This document shows, one piece after another, positions 26,231 to 32,113 of a DNA stretch of 32,113 nt (positions are counted from its first letter, which is position 1; every line of letters begins with the position of its first letter). Under the pieces are notes generated by a model that ran no database searches, had not been told where the DNA came from, and worked only from the letters and a program-made list of their open reading frames with translations. The DNA lies in assembly GCA_964638595.1 (NCBI GenBank), contig CAZWYU010000019.1:1-32113 (forward strand). The letters are read 5' to 3'. The position numbers were made by a program, and so were the translations under genes. The DNA comes from an uncultured Candidatus Saccharibacteria bacterium. Its GTDB lineage: Bacteria > Patescibacteriota > Minisyncoccia > Minisyncoccales > PEYH01.

Positions 26231-26338
26231 TTATCCAAATAATGGAGATAATGCCCACCCAAGCATGCTAATGGCAACCATACTTATCATTATTATCCAG
26301 ATTATTTTTGCTATTTTTTTGCCGGTTATCTTACTCAT
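26231..26338 (-). CDS. Possible 35-aa single-TM peptide
   Basis: The minus strand reads ATG AGT AAG and encodes MSKITGKKIAKIIWIIMISMVAISMLGWALSPLFG*. There is no SD site, and the only support is the open frame and hydrophobicity. Confidence 0.25.
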   Translation of the reverse strand: MSKITGKKIAKIIWIIMISMVAISMLGWALSPLFG

Positions 26339-26344
26339 AGCTTT

Positions 26345-26761
26345 ATGATAACAAAAAAAAGTCACAAAAAAAACTATTCTTGGTCAGATAAATTTCTAAT
26401 TGTTCTTTTGGTTGTTTTTAACTTTTCTATTTTGGGTTTTTTAATGATAGCCAACTCAAAACTTTTTATAGAAAAAAATAAAGTTAGAGGACAGAATATA
26501 ACTTTTCAAAAACAAATTCAAGAGCTGGAACAAAAAAATGATGAATTGAGAGAACTTTTTGCTTCAGTTAAAAATCAAGCCCAAGCGGAAAAATTTTTAA
26601 GAGAAAAGGCCTTGTATAAAAAAGAAGGGGAAGAGGTGATAATTATCAAAAGAGAAGATTTAAAAATAGAAAACGAAAAGCCCCAACAGAATGTTATAAA
26701 AACTGCTTCTGCTTTAGACAAATTTATTGATTTTTTGAGAGAAATTTTTTTTCAAGATTAG
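26345..26761 (+). CDS. Septum formation initiator (FtsB/DivIC/FtsL-like) protein
   Basis: It has a basic N-terminus, one TM segment (FLIVLLVVFNFSILGFLMI) and then a coiled coil (QIQELEQKNDELRELF...). Confidence 0.6.
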   Translation: MITKKSHKKNYSWSDKFLIVLLVVFNFSILGFLMIANSKLFIEKNKVRGQNITFQKQIQELEQKNDELRELFASVKNQAQAEKFLREKALYKKEGEEVIIIKREDLKIENEKPQQNVIKTASALDKFIDFLREIFFQD

Positions 26762-26774
26762 GGCAAGGAATAAT

Positions 26775-26845
26775 GCGAGGTTAGTATAATGGCATTATAT
26801 AACCTTCCCAAGGTTGAGACGCGGGTTCGATTCCCGTACCTCGCT
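26775..26845 (+). tRNA. tRNA-Gly (anticodon CCC)
   Basis: Manual fold: acceptor GCGAGGT/ACCTCGC, anticodon stem TAACC/GGTTG, loop TTCCCAA, T-arm GCGGG-TTCGATT-CCCGT, discriminator T. CCA is not encoded. Confidence 0.85.
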
Positions 26846-26967
26846 TAATAAATTGAGTGTGGGGGCAAGAGCTTGGGGCGTCAGTTTAATCCTGGTATCC
26901 CACTCATATTATATAATTGGTTATAAATATTAATAGGCATTAAAGCTTAATTTCTTTTTTTAAATAT

Positions 26968-27147
26968 ATGTCTGATATTTATATAATTAAAAAATCTATA
27001 AACAAAACAGATGGCAATCGTTCTCGTGATATAGAGAGTTCAGAGCTGTTTGATCTAACTTTAGAGAGCATTAGGGGTGAAGGCAGAATGAGGGAAGTTG
27101 GGAGACTAAGAGAATTATTTTGGGATGGAGTTGAAGGAGGAAAATAA
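26968..27147 (+). CDS. Possible 59-aa hydrophilic protein between two tRNA genes
   Basis: It runs from ATG 26968 to TAA 27145-27147 and encodes MSDIYIIKKSINKTDGNRSRDIESSELFDLTLESIRGEGRMREVGRLRELFWDGVEGGK*. I recognise no motif. Confidence 0.25.
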   Translation: MSDIYIIKKSINKTDGNRSRDIESSELFDLTLESIRGEGRMREVGRLRELFWDGVEGGK

Positions 27148-27239
27148 CATAATGCTTCACTTAAAAGTTTAGAAAAATATTTTATACCCTTTATGTTTTT
27201 TTTTAGGAAAAAAGTTAATGTCTAACAGAGACTTTCTAA

Positions 27240-27311
27240 GCCAGCATAGCTCAGTGGGAGAGCAACTCTTTCGTAAAGAGTAGGTCGGGGGTTCAAATCC
27301 TCCTGCTGGCT
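27240..27311 (+). tRNA. tRNA-Thr (anticodon CGT)
   Basis: Manual fold: acceptor GCCAGCA/TGCTGGC, D-arm GCTC-AGTGGGA-GAGC, anticodon stem ACTCT/AGAGT, loop TTCGTAA, T-arm GGGGG-TTCAAAT-CCTCC. Confidence 0.88.
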
Positions 27312-27318
27312 TGAAAAT

Positions 27319-28408
27319 ATGAAACAAAAACAAACAATTGATTTTAAAGAAATAAAAGCTAAACTCCATCACTTGATGGACTGTCTTTGAATTAGAGAAA
27401 AAGAAAAAACAATTAAAAGAGCTTAAAGAGCAGTTAGAAAAAGCGAGCTGGGAGAATAAAACTCAAATGATTGCATTAAACCAGAGGTTTGTTAATCTAA
27501 AAGAAGAACTAGACGATTGGGAAACAATAAAAAAAGAGGCAGCTGATTTAAAAGATTTAATTGAATTAAATGATCAAGAGATAGAAAAAGGAATATATGA
27601 GGCCCAAAAAAGTCTTTTAGATAAGTTAAATCAAAAAGAGATAGAGGTGTTTTTGTCAGGTAAGTATGATAAAGATAATGCTATTCTAACAATAATGTCG
27701 GGAGCAGGCGGGCAGGATGCAGAAGACTGGGCAGCTATTCTTTTAAGAATGTATAAAAGATATTGCGAGAGAAAGGATTTTGGTTTTAAAGTATTGTCAC
27801 AAAGTTTTGGAGAGCCCGGTCCGGAAGGAAGAATTGGCATTAAGGAAGTAAGTTTAGAAATTAAAGGAAAATTTACTTATGGTTTGTTAAAAAGAGAATC
27901 AGGCGTTCACCGCTTAGTCCGTTTGTCTCCTTTTTCTGCTAAAAAATTAAGACACACTTCTTTTGCTTTAGTTGAGATAATGCCGGAGATAGAGGAGAAG
28001 GGGGAAATAGAAATTAAAGATGAAGATTTGAAAGTAAATACTTATCGTGCTTCTGGTCCTGGAGGCCAATATGTTAATAAAAGAGATTCAGCAGTAAGAA
28101 TTACTCATTTACCAACCAAAATTGTTGTAAGTTGTCAGGCCGAAAGAACTCAAGGATTGAATAGAAAAAAAGCTTTAGAAATGTTAAAATCAAAATTGCT
28201 TAAATTAAAGCAAGAAAAAGAAAAAAAAGAAAAGAAAAAACTCAAAGGCGAAGAAATAAATGTTGAATGGGGAAATCAAATCAGGTCTTATATTTTTTAT
28301 CCTTATAAACTCGTTAAAGACCATCGAACGAAGGTAGAAATCTCTAATTTAGATGAAGTTTTAGACGGCAATTTAGATGATTTTATTAACAAAGAATTAG
28401 AATTATGA
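27319..28408 (+). CDS. prfB: Peptide chain release factor 2, with programmed +1 frameshift: join(27319..27387, 27389..28408)
   Basis: Frame 1 reads MKQKQTIDFKEIKAKLHHLMDCL and then TGA (27388-27390). Shifting +1 at CTT-T-GAA continues ELEKKKKQLKELKEQLEKASWEN... into the listed ORF. SPF and GGQ motifs are present. Confidence 0.9.
27385..27390 (+). promoter_or_regulatory. RF2 autoregulatory +1 frameshift site CTT TGA
   Basis: This is the classical CUU UGA slippery/stop context. I see no obvious SD-like stimulator just upstream (TTGATGGACTGT). Confidence 0.8.
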
Positions 28409-29085
28409 TAGTTTTTGAAAATATTACTAAGCTTTATCCGCCTAATACTATTGCGCTAAAGGACGTCAGTTTTCAAATTAAAAATGGAGAGTTTCTTTCG
28501 GTTGTGGGTAAGTCAGGAGCAGGAAAAACAACTTTGATTAAACTTTTATTAAGAGAACAAGAGCCTTCAGAAGGCAAAATATTTTTTAATGATTTTGATG
28601 TTTGCAGGCTTAAATATAGTTATCTTCCCTATTATCGCCAAAAAATAGGGTCTATTTTTCAGGATTACCGCCTTTTAAATCACAAAACTGTTTATGAAAA
28701 TGTTGCTTATGCAATGGAAGTAATGGGAGCCACTGATTATGAGATAGAGAGAGATATTCCTCAAATTCTTGAGATGGTTGGCTTAGCCGATAAATTTTTT
28801 AATTTTCCGAGGGAAATATCAGGTGGCGAAAAACAAAGAACAGCTATTGCTAGAGCTTTGGCTACTAGACCAGAGATTATAGTGGCTGACGAGCCAACAG
28901 GCAATCTTGACCCCTATCACAGCAAAGAGATAATAGATTTATTAGTTAAAATTAATCAAATAGGCACTTCCATTATTTTATCTACCCACGACAAGGAAAT
29001 TATCAATAGTTTGAAAAGGCGGGTAGTTACCCTAGATAATGGAGAACTTGTACGCGATGAGCAACGGGGCCGCTTCATTCTTTGA
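28405..29085 (+). CDS. ftsE: Cell division ABC transporter ATP-binding protein FtsE
   Basis: It has GKSGAGKTT, the ISGGEKQRTAIARAL signature and IIVADEPTGNLD. Its ATGA start overlaps the prfB stop. Confidence 0.88.
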   Translation: MIVFENITKLYPPNTIALKDVSFQIKNGEFLSVVGKSGAGKTTLIKLLLREQEPSEGKIFFNDFDVCRLKYSYLPYYRQKIGSIFQDYRLLNHKTVYENVAYAMEVMGATDYEIERDIPQILEMVGLADKFFNFPREISGGEKQRTAIARALATRPEIIVADEPTGNLDPYHSKEIIDLLVKINQIGTSIILSTHDKEIINSLKRRVVTLDNGELVRDEQRGRFIL

Positions 29086-29130
29086 TTTTTAATTTCTAAT
29101 TTTTTAATTGAAAATTGATAATTATTAAAA

Positions 29131-30039
29131 ATGTTTACTTTTATTAGAAGAATAACTCGTTTTGGCTGGCAGAGCTTTTTAAGAGAAGGCGGGCTTAATA
29201 TAGCCACTATTTTTGTTATTACGGTAACTATCAGTTTATTTACTTTTCTTTTTGCTTCCCAAGGAATTGTTACTCATCTTATAGAAAAGATTGAAGAAAA
29301 AATAGACATTAGTGCCTATATTAATCCGGAAGCTAGTCAAGAAGAAGTTTTGCAGATAAAAGACAGGCTGATTGGATTACCAGAAGTAAAAAAAGTTACC
29401 TTTCTGTCCAAAGATGAAGTTTTAGAAGAATTTCAAGGAAGGCATATTAACGACCCAGTGGTTTTAGAGTCTTTAGAAGTCATTGGCAGTAATCCATTTT
29501 ATGGTTCTTTAAATATTAGTGCCAAAAGTTCCAGCGAATATGCCGCAATTTTAACAGTTTTAAATTCTAAATCTTTTGAAAGCGTAATTCAAAAGGTTGA
29601 TTATTTAGAAAAAAAATCGGTTATAGACAAACTTTCAAATTTTATAAGAACAATCAATAGAGTCGGTTTTAGTTTGGCAGTTGGTTTGGCAATTGTAACA
29701 GTTCTGGTGGCTTTTAATACTATTAGGGTGGCAATTTATGACTCCAGCAAAGAGATTTCTATAATGCGCTTAGTTGGTTCTCCGAATAAATTTATTAGAG
29801 GTCCTTTTATTGTTCAAGGGGTTATAAATGGAACGATAGCTGCTGGAATTTCTTGCCTTTTATTTTTATTGATGGTCCATCTATTGGGACCGAAAGTTGA
29901 AGCCATAACAAATGGTTTTAATTTAGGTATCTGGTGGACAGCCAATTTGGGTCTTACCATAATGATACAAGTGGTTTCTGGAATTGGAGTTGGAGTATTC
30001 TCTAGCCTGATTGCTATAAGTAGATACCTTAAGGTCTAG
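29131..30039 (+). CDS. ftsX: Cell division permease-like protein FtsX
   Basis: It has an N-terminal TM segment, a periplasmic domain and three C-terminal TM segments, and it sits next to ftsE. GATAAT at 29117-29122 lies 8 nt before the ATG. Confidence 0.85.
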   Translation: MFTFIRRITRFGWQSFLREGGLNIATIFVITVTISLFTFLFASQGIVTHLIEKIEEKIDISAYINPEASQEEVLQIKDRLIGLPEVKKVTFLSKDEVLEEFQGRHINDPVVLESLEVIGSNPFYGSLNISAKSSSEYAAILTVLNSKSFESVIQKVDYLEKKSVIDKLSNFIRTINRVGFSLAVGLAIVTVLVAFNTIRVAIYDSSKEISIMRLVGSPNKFIRGPFIVQGVINGTIAAGISCLLFLLMVHLLGPKVEAITNGFNLGIWWTANLGLTIMIQVVSGIGVGVFSSLIAISRYLKV

Positions 30040-30043
30040 ACAA

Positions 30044-30114
30044 TGCCGGGTCGGCTAACGGTAGGCCAATGGATTCTGGCTCCATTAATCTAGGTTCGAA
30101 TCCTAGCCCGGCAA
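30044..30114 (+). tRNA. tRNA-Gln (anticodon CTG)
   Basis: Manual fold: acceptor TGCCGGG/CCCGGCA (U1-A72, as I recall for E. coli tRNA-Gln), D-arm GGCT-AACGGTA-GGCC, anticodon stem ATGGA/TCCAT, loop TTCTGGC, T-arm CTAGG-TTCGAAT-CCTAG. It starts 4 nt after the ftsX stop. Confidence 0.8.
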
Positions 30115-30259
30115 CCGTCTTTCGCCAGAGCTACGGAATGACTCCGCCATCCTTCGCCAAGGCCAAAGTTCTTCTGAAACTTTAGTGAAAGAGGGCTTCG
30201 GACTGGCAGCACACGCTAGTGAGACCGATAGAGGTCAAAAGATTGATAATGATTTTTTA

Positions 30260-30715
30260 ATGAAAAGACATATTAAAAAATTATCAATTATTATTTCGAA
30301 ATATAATGTGGTCCCGAGATTTGTTGTTTACGACAGAATATTAAAGAAAAGGTTAGATTGTATAGCTAAATCACTATGGTTTCTTTCATTTCTCTTGCTA
30401 TTAGCAGATTTATCTCAACTAATAAATTTCTCTTATAGGAATTTTGTGAGTGTCACTATTTTCCTATTAATGTCAATTTCATCAGCTATATATTTTTCTC
30501 CTTACAAATATCATAATCAATATTATGCTATCTGTAAGACGTGCGGGGAGAAGATTCCTATTAGAAGAACTTTACCTCCGGAAATAATATCTTTAGGTTG
30601 TAAAAATAGGCATAGTCACTCATATAAATTGGAAGAATTAAAGAGTTATCAAATTGGTGTTGCTTTTGGCCCAGAAGAAAAAGCATACAAATCATTTAGA
30701 TTCTATAAAAATTAA
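30260..30715 (+). CDS. Hypothetical membrane protein (2 TM segments) with a C-terminal Cys/His zinc-ribbon-like segment
   Basis: The track ORF 30185..30715 starts at a GTG inside a G/C-rich non-coding-looking stretch; the ATG at 30260 (MKRHIKKLS...) is more plausible. It has CKTCGE...CKNRHSH. Confidence 0.5.
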   Translation: MKRHIKKLSIIISKYNVVPRFVVYDRILKKRLDCIAKSLWFLSFLLLLADLSQLINFSYRNFVSVTIFLLMSISSAIYFSPYKYHNQYYAICKTCGEKIPIRRTLPPEIISLGCKNRHSHSYKLEELKSYQIGVAFGPEEKAYKSFRFYKN

Positions 30716-30721
30716 ATCATT

Positions 30722-31288
30722 ATGAATTTTTTTTGGAGACTTTTAACACCAAGATCAACTAAAAAATTTTTTTGGAAAGAGCAATTAGAATCTTATAAAA
30801 AGAATGAAACCATGATCCCAGAAGACGAGATAGATCTTGTAATAGATTTATTTATTGGGGATAAAATATCCCCAGATAAGTTTACCGCAAATCTTATCCA
30901 TATAATAACTAATGGGAATGATAAACTTAATGCGATATTAGACCCAGGAATACAAGAAATGTTGAAAGACCAAACTCCATCGATAGATTCTGCTTATTCA
31001 GCTATCCAGAGAAGAAATGGGGTTCCTAATTGGTTTTATGCCGCTTATCCTGATGTATTATTATGGCTATCTCAAAAAGAACATGAGCTTGACGGAGACG
31101 ATCTTATTGAGGGGAGCTTCAAATTATTTGGGATTGATGTAGGGTCAATAGATAAAAAAGAATTAGAAAAAATTTTTGAGAAAAAACTTATATCAAATAA
31201 TAATTGTATAAGGTTTCGATATTTGAATAACTTGGCTAATAATTTCAAAAAAGAAAATTATAAAAATAAAGTAGAAACATCAATATAA
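30722..31288 (+). CDS. Hypothetical soluble protein
   Basis: It is a 188-aa ORF lying 6 nt after the previous stop. I recognise no motif. Confidence 0.5.
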   Translation: MNFFWRLLTPRSTKKFFWKEQLESYKKNETMIPEDEIDLVIDLFIGDKISPDKFTANLIHIITNGNDKLNAILDPGIQEMLKDQTPSIDSAYSAIQRRNGVPNWFYAAYPDVLLWLSQKEHELDGDDLIEGSFKLFGIDVGSIDKKELEKIFEKKLISNNNCIRFRYLNNLANNFKKENYKNKVETSI

Positions 31289-31371
31289 AAAATAGCACAA
31301 GTTTCGTTAATATAAAATGAGACCGGGATGGGGGGTCAAAATCATTATGAGAATTGGTCTAAAAAATTAAT

Positions 31372-32113
31372 ATGTGGGAGCAATATTTGAAAAAGTTTTT
31401 AGGATACTTTTTAGGCTACGGCGTAGCTTTTTTTATTTTAGGGTTTTGGCTATTGGGGCTTACGGGGCCTAATATTTATATATGGATTTTATTATTCTTT
31501 ATTTTATTTATAGTTGTCACCTATTTAACGTCCAGAGATATATTTGGTGAATACCAAAAAAAACATGATCAAGAGATAGAAAAATATCGGGAGGAAAATA
31601 ATAAAGAGAGAAAGCGAAGGATGGATGCTCAAAAAGAAACAAGTCTTTGGAAGAAATCACTTATAGAAAAAAGCGCTGGCTATCCTACGCTCCTACAAGA
31701 AATTGATCATTATGAGAAGATAAAAGACGAAAAACTTGAAGAATTTTTGGAATATAAAAGTCATCCAGCAAGAAAAAGCGCAGAAATAGTGAAAGAGCAG
31801 TCGCGACGAAGGAGACAGGCAGAATACGAGAACAAGAAAACTCAAGCGATAATTGAGTACTATGAATCCATTGCCCCATTCCTTGTAGATTTAAAAAACG
31901 ATATTGTTGAAGCTGAAAATGAAGAAAAATATAGAGATTATAATGAAAAGGAGAAGCTTGACCCTACAATCAATTATCTTACAAAGGAAGAGTTTAGAAA
32001 TCTCTCGACAGCGAAGAAAAATCAAATGGCCCTTGATCGTTTTTGGAAAAGACCAAAATCAAAATGGCTAATCGGTCGGCTTTACGAAAGATTTGTCGGT
32101 TATCTTTATGAGA
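31372..32113 (+). CDS. Membrane-anchored coiled-coil protein entering a restriction-endonuclease-like (Mrr_cat / PD-(D/E)xK) domain; the 3' end lies outside the window
   Basis: The frame is open from ATG 31372 to the window edge, and the ORF is absent from the track because it has no stop. It has two N-terminal TM segments (FLGYFLGYGVAFFILGFWLLGL, IYIWILLFFILFIVVTYL) and a charged coiled coil. It then reads KSKWLIGRLYERFVGYLYE, which resembles the start of Mrr-type nuclease domains as I recall them. Confidence 0.55.
   Translation, partial: MWEQYLKKFLGYFLGYGVAFFILGFWLLGLTGPNIYIWILLFFILFIVVTYLTSRDIFGEYQKKHDQEIEKYREENNKERKRRMDAQKETSLWKKSLIEKSAGYPTLLQEIDHYEKIKDEKLEEFLEYKSHPARKSAEIVKEQSRRRRQAEYENKKTQAIIEYYESIAPFLVDLKNDIVEAENEEKYRDYNEKEKLDPTINYLTKEEFRNLSTAKKNQMALDRFWKRPKSKWLIGRLYERFVGYLYE

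Noticed and set aside
27169-27372. A 67-aa minus-strand ORF
   Set aside because: It runs antisense across the tRNA-Thr gene and the prfB start, so it is an artefact.
27388-27390. An in-frame TGA in prfB as evidence for UGA recoding (code 25 or 4, as in some CPR lineages)
   Set aside because: The CTT TGA context, with the downstream frame +1 continuing an RF2 homologue, is the classical programmed frameshift. RF2 itself is present, and TGA terminates other genes (for example at 3059-3061 and 29083-29085). The standard code fits.
304-28956. Other short ORFs in the track nested in or antisense to confident genes: 304-549, 896-1195, 1628-1834, 3286-3516, 5318-5503, 6343-6612, 7581-7802, 10486-10704, 11828-12016, 12723-12980, 15618-15818, 16068-16280, 16199-16405, 16790-17098, 17023-17238, 23627-23884, 25545-25733, 27631-27840, 28956-29207, 31685-31879
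   Set aside because: Each lies inside a longer ORF that has strong family motifs or a coherent frame. They have no independent signals, and their composition is that of off-frame translation of AT-rich coding DNA.
30185-30259. The GTG-initiated N-terminal extension of the 30185..30715 ORF
   Set aside because: The extension lies in the G/C-rich, repeat-containing segment after tRNA-Gln and encodes an atypical sequence (MKEGFGLAAHASETDRGQ...). The internal ATG at 30260 gives a typical basic N-terminus followed by TM segments.

Overview
This is an AT-rich, densely packed bacterial chromosome segment, about one-third G+C by eye (not computed), with almost all genes on the + strand. The gene content and protein styles suggest a Patescibacteria/CPR-type genome; this is inference. 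The cues are few Shine-Dalgarno sites, an O-antigen-ligase/TPR fusion, a sigma-70 region-4 + HARE-HTH protein, and Lys/Glu-rich inserts in housekeeping proteins. The backbone is housekeeping: murB, hpf, secA, secD, secF, pgk, a DHH/RecJ-like phosphoesterase, RNase HI, rnpB (RNase P RNA, minus strand), murJ, lepA, an FtsB/DivIC-like protein, prfB with its programmed +1 frameshift, ftsE and ftsX. There are three tRNAs: Gly-CCC, Thr-CGU and Gln-CUG. The genetic code looks standard: TGA ends several genes and RF2 is present. Accessory content falls into three blocks. (1) A glycan-synthesis locus (GT1 glycosyltransferase, polyprenyl-phosphate sugar transferase, O-antigen-ligase-like protein) is interrupted by two toxin-antitoxin pairs, AbiEi/AbiEii and MNT/HEPN. 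The AbiE cassette is bracketed by a duplicated segment made of the GT 3' end plus a promoter. (2) A tightly coupled pair encodes a large N-terminally membrane-anchored protein and a TM-less VirD4/TraD-like P-loop ATPase, with no other secretion genes nearby. I rank this the best candidate for an uncharacterised system. (3) Downstream of tRNA-Gln sit three unknown genes, the last of which looks like a membrane-anchored PD-(D/E)xK (Mrr-like) nuclease and runs off the window. Non-coding observations: several sigma-70-type promoters lie 6-8 nt from the ATG, implying leaderless mRNAs; intergenic regions carry 7-bp-periodic tandem arrays; a G/C-rich hairpin element occurs twice in inverted orientation; murB has a structured leader with partial resemblance to the c-di-AMP (ydaO) riboswitch; and there is an orphan promoter-terminator unit. 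I saw no rRNA, CRISPR array, transposase or integrase.
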